A stretch of DNA of 64,000 bases from a virus. The stretch spans positions 94,206 to 158,205 of the IMG/VR virus record IMGVR_UViG_3300010352_001575; one strand, written 5' to 3'. This document shows, one piece after another, positions 9,485 through 19,915 of this stretch. A program made the translations under genes and the position numbers. Position 1 is the first letter of the stretch. Every line of letters begins with the position of its first letter. The notes beneath the pieces were generated by a model. That model was not told where the DNA came from. It saw only the letters and a program-made list of their open reading frames with translations, and did not search any database.

Positions 9485-12400
9485 ATGGCTAACGAAAACG
9501 AGTCGCAAGAAATCACAGACACGTACTTATCTAAGCAAAGTGCAGAAAACCCCAAAGCAAGCAGTGTATCTAGCGGCATTTACGCCGTACTAGAAAACGC
9601 ATTAAATGACGCTATTACCAACGCTGTAGAGCAGGCGTCTACGAGATACATTCATAGGGACCAAAGCAAAAGCCCTGAAATATCTGCAGAAATATCTGAG
9701 AACATAGCTAAGTCTGCACAACCTGGAATACGCGCTGGTCTATCTGAGATTGGTATTCCAGCAAACACTGTAGTTAATTTCGGGGATAAACGCGGCACTA
9801 TGACCGCGCTAGATATTGTGACAGAGGTGCTTCAGAACTTTTCATACAACATTGTCCACGCAATGCTGCGCCTTGGGCCTCCGGCCAGTGCAACGGACGA
9901 AAAAGATAGCAGTGACCAAATATCTCCTGCGCAAAGCACCTATGCAGACTGGATGAAGCACATAGTCGACGAGATTACCTCTCAAGTAAACGTATCGTTA
10001 GCTAGCGGAAAGGGAGTAGATGTTCTACTCGCGAACATCAAAGATGCTGGAGACAGGCTGGCCAATTTCACGCCCAACCACGTCAAGTACCTGCTGACTC
10101 ATCCAGAGTCGATATCGGAAAAGCAAGCTAGGAAAGCTGCCTCGGACCTAGAAAAAAACAGCCAGCTAATAAACGCGCTTCAGGTGTTTTTGTCTGTTAT
10201 TGACTTGTATGTATCGGGACTTCCAGAGGAATTTTACCAGTTTAACGAAGTCGTATCTGACATATCTTCCGAGGATTTTACAGAAGTTTCGCAAGCGATG
10301 GTTACCGAGGTAACAAATGCTATTCAAGTAGTCCAGGCCACATCGAAAGCTAACGCCGCGTTTGAGAGCCTGCTGTCATACTACATAATCGACAATCCTG
10401 ACAAGCGCACCTACAAAATACCGGATATGGCCGTGTATCTAGTGTATTACATTCTGTCCCAAGTTAAGGACGGAACAGGAAATCCTGTAATATCTCAGGA
10501 TCAGTTTGACAAATTTAAAGAGACAATATCTAAATACGGCCGTCTAGCGATTAGCAGGCCGGATGCCGACAAGGCCGCGGGCAGGCTAGGGTACCCAGAG
10601 CTTAGAAAGCAGCTAATGGCGGATTTGTTTAAGGCCAAGTCTCCCGAAGGAGAAGATGCCGGCACCTACGATTTAGTGACTACAACTGTTGATGATATTT
10701 TTGGAACATCAGAGCTAGACGAGACTAGCAGGAGTAACTGGGAACTTAAGGCGGCGCCTGCTCTTGGAGACAAATCCAGCAAGTATACTAATGCGTTTAG
10801 GTATGCACTAGGCGTGTCTCTATATGGCCTTGTTAAAGGGGACGCAGTGACCTTAGGCGATCCAAACAAGCCCCGCGGGTCCAAGACGGATGTTCCGGAC
10901 TTTAAAATAAAACCATCGTTATACGACCTTATCCGGTTGTTTAGCGCGTATGCTAATGGTGATATAAACTCTGCGGCTAAGTTTATGATCGATCTAGCGC
11001 GTAGCGATAAATACTCCGCGGATGTTTTGGTAGAACAGATCAAGCGCGCCGATGCCAGAACCATACAAGCATACGGTCTATCTCAACCGAGTTTGCTAGC
11101 CGGAACAAGTCGACAAAAAATAAGCGATTCAATGTTCATAGAGTCATTTAGAAAAGATATGTTGTCCTTGCTAGAGTCCGAAGACGTTATGACTAAGGTA
11201 GGCGAGGCTAAGCGCCAAGGAGAGCTAGACCGCAGAGAAGCACCTGCCGAGCTTAAGACCGAGTTTCCTAGAGCAGAAGTAACTGATGATGGCAAGAATG
11301 CTGCAAGCATACGCTCGATGCTAAACGAGCGCCTGAAAGCGATTCGCGATTTCAAGGCTGCACCTATAGCCCGGCAGTACGCAGATGAATCTCTAAGAGT
11401 AGCGACAGAGTCCATACTGGCTAAGCCTACTGATGCAAAGCTGCAGGGTCAGTTCAAGGGCTGGCAGTCGAAGCACCCTGAAGTATCGTTCGAGCTGCCT
11501 GAGGTTGATTTAGGCAGTATTCCCACAAATCAGGTGTTAGGCTTCTTGGGAGAAGTTTCCAAACTTAGCCAGCATAAGCTCAGAGAGGCGCTGCGCTTCT
11601 TTCTACTCACCAGCCCTTGGGGGAGCGGCGTACGCAAACTAAGCGACAAGCCATTAGCCGAAATCGTGCAAGGGTTGAGGACAACGCTAGGGCCTGTGTT
11701 TAATTCTTTGACTGATTATGAGTGGTCCAACATAGCTAGGGAAATATCTAAAAACAAAGCAGAACCCTCTAGGCCAGGCTCGATAACTAGAAAAGAGCTG
11801 TATGGCTACGCGAGCATGCTATCGGACATTATGAAAGACATCAGCAATCAGCCGCTTTTGCTGCGGTCTGCGAAGTTTGCAGGATTGCTGGTTTCATGCC
11901 TTACCAGGCTTTTTCCTCCTAAGCTATTAGCTGCCTTGGGCTTTTCCGAAGGCGCAGATATCAGCAACGAGGACGCGCAAAACTTGCCCGAAGTATATAA
12001 GACGCTTATGTCTGTGCTGTCTGACGACAAGAAAGAAAGCGAAGAAACAGGGGTATCAGCAGCTGATGCTGCGGCCGCAGTCAAAGAACTAGACGCCCAA
12101 TATCGTGTAGAGAAAGGACTACCGCCTGACGCCCCGGTAAAACGAGAGCCGATGAGCGGAACGGACGTAAAGCATAACGAGATGTACGAAAAGTTGTTGA
12201 CTCGCGGTCCAGACGCCGACGAGAAAAAGAAGGCAAAAGAATCAAAAGAGGAGAATATGACGGAAGAAAACAAACCCAATCCTGAGGGACCTGCACCGAT
12301 TCAAACCGAGTCAGCTGTCCTTAGCAGGAATTCAGAATTTGACGCAACCAACGGTCCTTGGGAGCTACACCAGGAGGCCTCAGGTAAGAAGAAATTCAAA

Positions 12401-12640
12401 AAGCGGGATCCCAAGCGCATTAGCAAGATTTCCCGGTACCTAGGCGGAGCCGCGTACTCTTCTTTTGTGGAAGGTGACGAGGTCTTGTACACTGCAGAGC
12501 ATACGCCGTTATCTGCCCGGGTTGCTGCTGTTTCGCCCGATGGCTTGTACGAAATAGTTGTAGAGTCCGGGGATGTGTACTCCAATGTACCAGAAGCGGA
12601 TTTAGTTGCAACAGATGGAACTGAGAATATCTTTGAGTGA
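9485..12640 (+). CDS. Large hypothetical protein, probably virion/head-associated
   Basis: 1051-aa ORF between terL and portal; C-terminal SH3/Tudor-like segment EGDEVLY...RVAAV...LYEIVVESG. Confidence 0.7.
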   Translation: MANENESQEITDTYLSKQSAENPKASSVSSGIYAVLENALNDAITNAVEQASTRYIHRDQSKSPEISAEISENIAKSAQPGIRAGLSEIGIPANTVVNFGDKRGTMTALDIVTEVLQNFSYNIVHAMLRLGPPASATDEKDSSDQISPAQSTYADWMKHIVDEITSQVNVSLASGKGVDVLLANIKDAGDRLANFTPNHVKYLLTHPESISEKQARKAASDLEKNSQLINALQVFLSVIDLYVSGLPEEFYQFNEVVSDISSEDFTEVSQAMVTEVTNAIQVVQATSKANAAFESLLSYYIIDNPDKRTYKIPDMAVYLVYYILSQVKDGTGNPVISQDQFDKFKETISKYGRLAISRPDADKAAGRLGYPELRKQLMADLFKAKSPEGEDAGTYDLVTTTVDDIFGTSELDETSRSNWELKAAPALGDKSSKYTNAFRYALGVSLYGLVKGDAVTLGDPNKPRGSKTDVPDFKIKPSLYDLIRLFSAYANGDINSAAKFMIDLARSDKYSADVLVEQIKRADARTIQAYGLSQPSLLAGTSRQKISDSMFIESFRKDMLSLLESEDVMTKVGEAKRQGELDRREAPAELKTEFPRAEVTDDGKNAASIRSMLNERLKAIRDFKAAPIARQYADESLRVATESILAKPTDAKLQGQFKGWQSKHPEVSFELPEVDLGSIPTNQVLGFLGEVSKLSQHKLREALRFFLLTSPWGSGVRKLSDKPLAEIVQGLRTTLGPVFNSLTDYEWSNIAREISKNKAEPSRPGSITRKELYGYASMLSDIMKDISNQPLLLRSAKFAGLLVSCLTRLFPPKLLAALGFSEGADISNEDAQNLPEVYKTLMSVLSDDKKESEETGVSAADAAAAVKELDAQYRVEKGLPPDAPVKREPMSGTDVKHNEMYEKLLTRGPDADEKKKAKESKEENMTEENKPNPEGPAPIQTESAVLSRNSEFDATNGPWELHQEASGKKKFKKRDPKRISKISRYLGGAAYSSFVEGDEVLYTAEHTPLSARVAAVSPDGLYEIVVESGDVYSNVPEADLVATDGTENIFE

Positions 12641-14019
12641 GGACGACAATGGAATTTAACGAGCCCAACGAATCAGCAGTAGACGCGTACGGAGATCAGA
12701 ACAGTCTGTACACCGGAGACATACTAGCAAAGTATGCCTCAGCTGGCAACTGGAATATTTACAAAATTCTAGACGGCACCCAGTACGCTGGAACAGGCAC
12801 CAAAGAGGAAATGCTGGAGCTAGCCACAAAGCTGCGCGTGATGCTATCCACCGGCTTGTTTCCGTACACGCACATAGAAACCACGCTAATGCACCACGGC
12901 TACCCGCAGAAAGCCATACGGGAGCAATTCAAGAACCTTACTGGCATCAGCGTAGAAGACATCGACAAACAGAACCAAGATGCTAGGATGACGCCATCGT
13001 CAATTCCTCAAGTTAACCTGGGCTGGGGAACTTCCAAGAAAAAAGAGCACGATTATCTTTTCGTTATGCCGTGGATAAACGGCTACTCCGTGTTTGGACA
13101 GAGCGGAGATATGAAGCGCGAAGAAGTGAAGCGCTGTGACGACCTTGAGTCTGCCCGAGAGTTCTGCCAGAAGAACACCAAGGACTATAAGGAAGTGAAC
13201 GCTCCGCTAAGCCTGAAGAAGTCCAAAATACGCAAGGACGACGACTACCTGCAGTTCAACGACCCGGGTCTTGGCAACATAGAGATAAAGGCAGGCCTGA
13301 GCGACGAGGCCGGGCTTATTCTAGAGTTTCTAGAGGAGTTCGGAGCAGCTGAGCCCTTAGAGAAAAAGATGGCCCACGTCAATGAGGCATACACAAACAA
13401 CGAGATATCCGCCGAAGATTACAAGCACCTATCTGCCATTCTGCACAGAAAGGCGGATAAGGCTAAGGTAGAATCTCCGGCTGCAGGCATTGAGGGAACA
13501 TCTCCGGACTCTGCAGTTGCTGATGCTTTTGCCGCTATGGACAGGGAGCTACAGAACACCTCAGTGGACAAAGAGCTGAAAGAGAACACTGCGGATCAAT
13601 ACCTGGACAATGAGTCCCAAGACGCGGTTCCGTCGCTATCAGACTCCATACGGTCAGTTGAGTACTACATAGACAAAAAGAACGAGAGTCTTAATGGCCA
13701 GTACTTCCTGTCTGTGTTCAAATTCAAATATGCCAGGATGGACATACCCAAGGAGCTACTAGAGAATGTGGACATCGGCGGTCGTCGTCCGGTTGAATAC
13801 TTACGCAGCTCGGGACAGTTTTTGGTGCTGCTCAAGATTACTGCAGCAGCTGCTTCCGATACTCCCCGGCTTGGCTTGCTTGCTTTCCTGCTTATAGACG
13901 GCAAGTACCAGACTGATGGCACTATCAAAGGCGTCACTACTAAGCGCAAATACGCGCTGGATGAGGACGGGCTCAACAAGTACTTCACGGATTGCGGAGA
14001 TATTTCGAACAATAAGTAG
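12637..14019 (+). CDS. Hypothetical protein, probably virion-associated
   Basis: 460-aa ORF coupled to the upstream gene (GTGA overlap) and directly before the portal gene. Confidence 0.7.
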   Translation: MRTTMEFNEPNESAVDAYGDQNSLYTGDILAKYASAGNWNIYKILDGTQYAGTGTKEEMLELATKLRVMLSTGLFPYTHIETTLMHHGYPQKAIREQFKNLTGISVEDIDKQNQDARMTPSSIPQVNLGWGTSKKKEHDYLFVMPWINGYSVFGQSGDMKREEVKRCDDLESAREFCQKNTKDYKEVNAPLSLKKSKIRKDDDYLQFNDPGLGNIEIKAGLSDEAGLILEFLEEFGAAEPLEKKMAHVNEAYTNNEISAEDYKHLSAILHRKADKAKVESPAAGIEGTSPDSAVADAFAAMDRELQNTSVDKELKENTADQYLDNESQDAVPSLSDSIRSVEYYIDKKNESLNGQYFLSVFKFKYARMDIPKELLENVDIGGRRPVEYLRSSGQFLVLLKITAAAASDTPRLGLLAFLLIDGKYQTDGTIKGVTTKRKYALDEDGLNKYFTDCGDISNNK

Positions 14020-14029
14020 GATATCATAA

Positions 14030-15859
14030 ATGTCAACTAATAAAGAAGAGCTGTCTGGGTTTGCCAGGAAGGCCAACGCTTCAGCAAGCTTTCCCACAGT
14101 GATATCGGCCGGGGGCGGCACTGCCGCTTCCGAGACGGTCGCTGCTATGAGAAAAACAGCTAGCATTTTCGGGGATACCGGCGATGGCATCACGCGCGCC
14201 CCGCTGCTGTATGTAGACCCGCTGTTCGACCCTGTCCTGTTGATGTTCCCGAAGGAAAACCTTAAGGAGCTGTACCGGCGCCTGCGGCACTACTTTACCT
14301 ACAATCCAATCGTAAAAAACATCATCACACTGCACTCCACATTTCCATTTGGCGATGCGGAAATACGGTGTGAGTCAAAGCGTTTGGAAGATTACTACGC
14401 GGACCTAGGTGAGCGCGCAGAGCTGCTCAAGACCATTACGCAGATGTCCCATGACTACGAGTTGCTGGGAGAGAGCGTGCATTTCGGAGTGTTCGATCCG
14501 ATAGACCTAGAGTGGTCTGAGTTTATACATCTGCCTCCGGAAAATGTTGAAATACACAACGCACAGATGGGCGGTGGCAGCATCTACCAGCTGAAGCCTG
14601 ACGAAGATTTACGCAAGAAGCTAAGTTCTGGCAAGCCAGAAGACCAGGCAGAAATAGAAGGTATGGACTCGGAGTACAAAGAGTCTTTGATGAACAATGT
14701 GCCCTGGAATATGGATGCCAATTGCATCATCTACTATCCGAACAAAACAGAGGGCTATATACTCCGTGGCGACTCGCCGCTGAAAGGCGCCCTTCGCTAT
14801 CTGCTGCTTGAAGACAAGCTGTATATGGCTATGCTGGCTATGGTAGATAGAACTATGTTCCCTATCAAGATATGGAAGATAGGTAGCAAAGAGCAGAACT
14901 GGCTGCCGTCCAAAAAGCATTTCGATGTGCTAAAGCAGAATATCGCAATGCTAAAGAACGACCCGGACGCCGACATACTTTACCATTCCTTCCTGGAGAT
15001 GGAGATAAAGAATTTATCTGCCAACCACGAAGACCTGCTGAAATACTTTGAGTGGACGCAGAAAAGAATACTGATGGGTCTTGGAGCTACTGAGTCGATG
15101 TTTGCAGAAGCTAACGCGTACGCCAAGGACTCTATCAACATAAAGCTAATAATGCATAGGTATATGTTGCAACGCGCCACAGTCAACAAGCTCATACAGC
15201 GCTCAGTATACCTGCCTATCGCTGCGAAGCGTGGCTACATCGCAGAGCGCGCCGTTTCTACGGCCACCAACGCTACCGAAGAGCAGGTGCAGATACCAGA
15301 AATAAAGCGCTATATCGTTCCCCGGCTTCTCTGGCGTCCTAGCAACCTCGTGTCCAACGCCGCCGAGCGTGAATTCCTGTGGAAGATCCGCACAGCCGGC
15401 GAGCTATCCAACAAAGCCATAATGGACAACCTAGGCATAGACCCCGAAACAAACTCACAGCAGCTTAACGACGAGCAAGGCACCCCTGCTGACCCTGTGT
15501 TTAGAGATGCTCGCAAAGGCCTAGTTAACGATATTCGCACCCGCAATCAAATACTGCGCGGGAGCAAAATGGAAGAGCTAGACTTGCCGACTAGCGTGCC
15601 AGAGACCCAGAAGCCCGCTACGGCCAAAAAGCCGTATACTGGCGGAGCGGGTGGCGCTGGTGCTGCTGGTGGTTTAGCTGGCAGCCTGGGAGATCTAGGT
15701 CTTCCATCTGGTGGCGGGGCAGGCCGGCCTCCGCTTCCTGAGGAAGATAAAGCCAAAAAGCCAGCCATAATACCAGAAGAGGTTATGTCTCCGCGCGACA
15801 AGCTAACAGAGTCGGGAGAGCTACCGGCGCCGAAGGGCGAGGGAGCCCCTATCATATAG
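14030..15859 (+). CDS. Portal protein
   Basis: LRHYFTYNPIVKNIITLHSTFPF, HDYELLGESVHF, SPLKGALRYLLLEDKL and FPIKIWKIG fit large-phage portals; Pro/Gly-rich tail; head-module position. Confidence 0.85.
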   Translation: MSTNKEELSGFARKANASASFPTVISAGGGTAASETVAAMRKTASIFGDTGDGITRAPLLYVDPLFDPVLLMFPKENLKELYRRLRHYFTYNPIVKNIITLHSTFPFGDAEIRCESKRLEDYYADLGERAELLKTITQMSHDYELLGESVHFGVFDPIDLEWSEFIHLPPENVEIHNAQMGGGSIYQLKPDEDLRKKLSSGKPEDQAEIEGMDSEYKESLMNNVPWNMDANCIIYYPNKTEGYILRGDSPLKGALRYLLLEDKLYMAMLAMVDRTMFPIKIWKIGSKEQNWLPSKKHFDVLKQNIAMLKNDPDADILYHSFLEMEIKNLSANHEDLLKYFEWTQKRILMGLGATESMFAEANAYAKDSINIKLIMHRYMLQRATVNKLIQRSVYLPIAAKRGYIAERAVSTATNATEEQVQIPEIKRYIVPRLLWRPSNLVSNAAEREFLWKIRTAGELSNKAIMDNLGIDPETNSQQLNDEQGTPADPVFRDARKGLVNDIRTRNQILRGSKMEELDLPTSVPETQKPATAKKPYTGGAGGAGAAGGLAGSLGDLGLPSGGGAGRPPLPEEDKAKKPAIIPEEVMSPRDKLTESGELPAPKGEGAPII

Positions 15860-15863
15860 TCCG

Positions 15864-15896
15864 GTATAATATTATATAAAATTATTAAATATAGAG
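15864..15896 (+). promoter_or_regulatory. Repeated AT-rich motif, copy 3 (candidate late promoter)
   Basis: GTATAATATTATATAAAATTATTAAATATAGAG, 5 nt after the portal stop. Confidence 0.8.
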
Positions 15897-15902
15897 GAAC
15901 TC

Positions 15903-16154
15903 TTGAAAAAAGAAATTGTCCTAAGTCTTAGTTTTCCAGAAGGAGTCGAGGCAGCCGCCGATAAGAAAAAGAAGCGGTTGCCTGTTATTGTGGACGCACT
16001 AGACAAAGACGCTAAGGCTCAGCCCTTTGGGCACGGGCAAAATCAGGAGAGTAATGTAGGGCCTCTGAAGGGCGATGTGAACATACAGGGGGACCCAAGT
16101 TCTGGCTGCGCAGTAATAGACACTAGCAATGGGTTTACCAGCACACACATATAG
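15903..16154 (+). CDS. Hypothetical protein
   Basis: 83-aa ORF (TTG start) after motif copy 3. Confidence 0.5.
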   Translation: MKKEIVLSLSFPEGVEAAADKKKKRLPVIVDALDKDAKAQPFGHGQNQESNVGPLKGDVNIQGDPSSGCAVIDTSNGFTSTHI

Positions 16155-16162
16155 GTGATAAT

Positions 16163-16345
16163 ATGTTTTTTAGAAAAGGCACTCCAACACAAATAACAGT
16201 ACTGACTCGTTGCGCAAAGTGCGGCGGTCCGCTTAGTCCCGAGCAGGCTAAAACAGATGCTAAGACGGGAAAAGCGAAAGTAGCATCGAACAATTTTCTA
16301 TGTGAGGAATGCAAGAAATGTTCTTCAGACAAGGCTCAAAAGTAG
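16163..16345 (+). CDS. Small zinc-ribbon protein
   Basis: 60 aa with CAKC and CEEC pairs; GGTG RBS upstream. Confidence 0.55.
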   Translation: MFFRKGTPTQITVLTRCAKCGGPLSPEQAKTDAKTGKAKVASNNFLCEECKKCSSDKAQK

Positions 16346-17679
16346 CTATTACCAATGTATACGAAAGCCGGGCCAAGCTTAAGAGCTTGAGCCAGGAGTG
16401 GCAGAAATTGGTGAGCGCCGGCGCGAATATGTCGGTCTCTCCTTTTTTAAACCCGGAAGAGTTTGACTACAACACTGAAGATTTCCTGTATTACCGCGCG
16501 CGTGCCCTTACCGCCAATGTGGTTAACATCAACGGCGACTGGTTTGACCACGACGAGCTCAAGAAAGCGTACAATACTTTTGTAGGTAAGGGTGTATACT
16601 TCAACCACGATAGCGAAAATCCCGACAAAGCTTTTGGCATCATATTAGCTGCGTCATACACCCCCGTCTATTTTAACGATGACAATTACACAGACCGTTA
16701 TGTGGAGCTGCTTGGCGCAGTGCACCGCAAGGCGTGCAAAGAGAAGCGCCCCGGCCTGCTAGAGGACATCGAGACTGGCCGGATGGCCAGCACCAGCATG
16801 GGCGTTATAGCTAAGTCCGCTCGCTGTTCCATCTGCAACACGCTCGCCCACAACAAAGACGAGCTGTGTGAGCATACCCACCCTGAGAACATAAAGTACG
16901 CCAAGGGGCGTCTGGTGGACGGCCAACCCTGCTTTGAATACAACTACGGGCTTACCTTTATCGAGGACTCGTTTGTTTATGTTCCTGCAGACCCCACCGC
17001 TAAAGTTTTGGAAATTTATGCATCAGTAGACGCTGGCCTGGATCCTACGCTGACTGAGCACCTTACCCGGTACTCGTCCGCATTATCGGAGCGTCAGAGT
17101 GCAAAATCCGGAGGACATACCAGAATGGCAGATACAAAACCAGCACCCAAAGCTGAAGATCTTGTCAGCGAAATGGCTAGCGCAGTCGCAGAGCCAGCCG
17201 CACAGAAGGTAGCTGATGTTGCTGCAGCTGCGGCACCGGCTCAGGCAGCTGCTCCCAAGGCGGAAGAGAAGCCCAAGAAAGGTGGAAAGACCGTTCAGGA
17301 TTACCAGGACTTTCTGTCAAACATGCCTAACCTTGTTAAGGAGCTAGGCGCTAAGTATATGAAGGATAGCCTGCAGCGTATGATGACGGAAGAGACGCGC
17401 AAGCACCTATCCGAGATGTCCCAGGCCCTTACTAAAGGTCTCAGGGAGTCGATGCAGCCCTATCTGGCTGAGGAAGTGGACAGAGCCAGGGAAGAGATAA
17501 AGCAAGTTCTCCCCGGAGTTTCTCTGGATCTAGCCCCTGCTACAGCATCAGTAAAGGAAAATCCTGTTGTTATTTTGACCGAGGATTTTTCTAAGTGGCC
17601 GGCAGAAGACCGGTTAGCGTTGTCCAGCAGAATAATGAATGGTGAGACTTGGAGCTTTTACGGAGAGGTGGAAAAATAA
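16309..17679 (+). CDS. Prohead (head maturation) protease with C-terminal scaffold-like tail
   Basis: NINGDWF..DEL...Y.TFVGKGVYFNHD, STSMG and IEDSFVYVPADPTAKV fit HK97/herpes-fold prohead proteases; internal Cys/His cluster CSIC...CEH. Confidence 0.75.
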   Translation: MQEMFFRQGSKVAITNVYESRAKLKSLSQEWQKLVSAGANMSVSPFLNPEEFDYNTEDFLYYRARALTANVVNINGDWFDHDELKKAYNTFVGKGVYFNHDSENPDKAFGIILAASYTPVYFNDDNYTDRYVELLGAVHRKACKEKRPGLLEDIETGRMASTSMGVIAKSARCSICNTLAHNKDELCEHTHPENIKYAKGRLVDGQPCFEYNYGLTFIEDSFVYVPADPTAKVLEIYASVDAGLDPTLTEHLTRYSSALSERQSAKSGGHTRMADTKPAPKAEDLVSEMASAVAEPAAQKVADVAAAAAPAQAAAPKAEEKPKKGGKTVQDYQDFLSNMPNLVKELGAKYMKDSLQRMMTEETRKHLSEMSQALTKGLRESMQPYLAEEVDRAREEIKQVLPGVSLDLAPATASVKENPVVILTEDFSKWPAEDRLALSSRIMNGETWSFYGEVEK

Positions 17680-19121
17680 TGGGACTTGTAACATTTTTTA
17701 AAGGTATTAGCAAGAAGGCCGCAACTGACGTAGCGCCGGTAGTCGCACAGAACGAGGTAGGTACCTCTGCTGCTGATGTGCCAGTAGCCGGAGGAGAGCT
17801 GCCGGTTATAGAAGAGACCACCAACAAAGAGGAAGTAGAGGGTTTGAAGAAAACCGTAGAAGAGCTCACAAAAGAAGTAGCAGAGCTAAAAGCAACGCAG
17901 CCAACAGATTTAACTGCAACACAACCCACAGAAGATAATACACTGGAGGAGCTGATGAAGGATAAGAACGAAGTAAAATCAGAAATCCCCGGTAATACCC
18001 CAACCACAGAACCGAATACAACTGAGGCCCCTAAAGTGGCGGCAGTCGCTGCCCCCGCGTTCAGGATATCGTATATCCTTAACCGTGAGAAAGGTTTCAG
18101 CGAATCCTATTTTGTTGCGCAGTCCGGCGATGAGATAAGAGCTCGGAGAATGGACAAGGTTATACCGGCAAGCGTTCAAACTGCCATACTGGCTAGCATT
18201 AAGAGCACTGGCAAGGCGCCTGAGAACATTGTGTCCCCGAGCGAGATAGTAGAAGAACTCAATCGTCAGGGCGTAAATTCTCTTGAGCTGTTTGACCAGG
18301 CTATGACAGATATGGAAACCAAGGCACACACGCTGACCCGTACGGCCGCGTCGAACCAAGGCGCACCGCTATACGCGCTGAACACCGCAGAGTCAAAACC
18401 TGCCTCGTTCGGTAGTGGTAGCGATCCTCTCGTTGCTCTGGACACCAAAGGGGCTGTTGAAGTTCCCCTGACTGGTTCCACCAACAAGAGCGTTGTAGGC
18501 AAGTACTACCAGAAAGCTTTTTCTGGCGCAGGTAATGAGACCGTTACCAATGCACTGAATCCGAAGTCGTCTATTAACGACGCTATCGAAGTTGCCAAGC
18601 TGCGCGACCAGATAGCTGTCTATAAAAAGGCCGCTCTGGATGCTAGGAAAGCCGCAGAAGAGATGAAGGCAGAGGCTGATAAGGCCAAGGCCGACACCGA
18701 AGTAGCCCACAAAGAGCTGGGTGACCTGAAGGAAAAAGACGAGAAGAGCCAGACTTCCGAGAAGCTTGACTCTATCGTTGACGAGCTCGTTTCTAAAAAG
18801 CTGATATCTGAGAAAGATGAAAAGGTTGCTATCGGTCATCTTTCCAAGATTGACGCCAAGAGCTTGCCGCATGTCAGCGCTCTGATCGGGATGCTAGGAA
18901 AATCTTCTGAGTCAGATGATGTTGGCGACTTATTTGGGGATTCATCTAAACCAAAGGGCGCGACTCCTCCGGCATTGCCGGCCCCTAAACCAGCTGCTGG
19001 TGCGTTCGGCGGACTGGGCGGACTAGGGAAAAAGAGCGCGTCAGTCATTCCGCAGCCGTTCGTTAAACCGAACAGCGGCGCAGACGATGATGTTACCTGG
19101 CTTAGCCAGAATTGGGATTAA
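17679..19121 (+). CDS. Scaffold-like coiled-coil head protein
   Basis: ATG overlaps the upstream TAA (TAATG at 17677-17681); long Ala/Lys/Glu coiled coil; lies between protease and decoration/MCP. Confidence 0.6.
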   Translation: MGLVTFFKGISKKAATDVAPVVAQNEVGTSAADVPVAGGELPVIEETTNKEEVEGLKKTVEELTKEVAELKATQPTDLTATQPTEDNTLEELMKDKNEVKSEIPGNTPTTEPNTTEAPKVAAVAAPAFRISYILNREKGFSESYFVAQSGDEIRARRMDKVIPASVQTAILASIKSTGKAPENIVSPSEIVEELNRQGVNSLELFDQAMTDMETKAHTLTRTAASNQGAPLYALNTAESKPASFGSGSDPLVALDTKGAVEVPLTGSTNKSVVGKYYQKAFSGAGNETVTNALNPKSSINDAIEVAKLRDQIAVYKKAALDARKAAEEMKAEADKAKADTEVAHKELGDLKEKDEKSQTSEKLDSIVDELVSKKLISEKDEKVAIGHLSKIDAKSLPHVSALIGMLGKSSESDDVGDLFGDSSKPKGATPPALPAPKPAAGAFGGLGGLGKKSASVIPQPFVKPNSGADDDVTWLSQNWD

Positions 19122-19143
19122 CCTATAGGTTCAGGAGGAAGTA

Positions 19144-19737
19144 ATGAGAATACGTAATTTTTACGGACGTGAGCTGGGCATTAACTGTGACAGTGCCCGC
19201 GAGGACATGGAACCAAGGGCAGTTCAGACTACTGACCTTGATATCTATGGTGGTAGCCCGATGTCGCTGCACAAATTCGGAACCGATGAGGACTCTAGCA
19301 TAGCGTCCTACGTCGAGCTGTTCACCGAGCTTGGTAGCGCGGCTGCTTGTAACATTCCCCTGCATGGTCTTGCAAAGTTCAACTGCAACGCCTACAAGAA
19401 TGAAACCAACGCTTCTGACGGCACCTACGGTGGCGGAAAGGGCGTTTGTGTGGTTTCCGGAGAGGGCGTGACCCTGTTCCCGAACCATTTCGCACAGTCA
19501 GATGGCTCCGTTGTGCGCGTATCGGCCTTCGTTACGACCGATTCGTTTGTCGCAATGGATGCGCTGTATGTTGACCTGGGCGTTAACAGCGCTGGCACCC
19601 CGGCTGCGGACTTCGGTAAGATCACCCGCACGCTGGATGGCAGCAACAACCAGAACACCCGCCACGGTATCGTGACGAACTTCTGGAGCTCAGCTGTGAC
19701 CCCTGTGCTGGAAATGAAACTCCAGCCGGTGTTGTAA
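19144..19737 (+). CDS. Putative head decoration protein
   Basis: 197-aa Gly-rich ORF with AGGAGG RBS, directly upstream of MCP. Confidence 0.55.
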   Translation: MRIRNFYGRELGINCDSAREDMEPRAVQTTDLDIYGGSPMSLHKFGTDEDSSIASYVELFTELGSAAACNIPLHGLAKFNCNAYKNETNASDGTYGGGKGVCVVSGEGVTLFPNHFAQSDGSVVRVSAFVTTDSFVAMDALYVDLGVNSAGTPAADFGKITRTLDGSNNQNTRHGIVTNFWSSAVTPVLEMKLQPVL

Positions 19738-19749
19738 GATTGTTCTAAC

Positions 19750-19776
19750 CCTGGGGCGGGTCTAACCCGCCCCAGG
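19750..19776 (+). terminator. GC-rich hairpin (terminator or mRNA-stabilising stem)
   Basis: CCTGGGGCGGG-TCTAA-CCCGCCCCAGG, a perfect 11-bp stem; weak U tract. Confidence 0.6.
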
Positions 19777-19915
19777 ATATTTAAGATTTTTGCTGTAAGC
19801 CGGAATAAATAGTTGTACCGGCATTGATATTTGACAATTTCGGTCCAAGCCGAAACGAAAGCAAGCGAACCAACTGACCTACTATAGGTATAGTAGGGTT
19901 GTATAGGAACATAGT

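Noticed and set aside
19831-19860. TTGACA as a sigma-70 -35 box upstream of MCP
   Set aside because: There is no -10 hexamer at 16-18 nt spacing (AACGAA there), and the region folds into hairpins.
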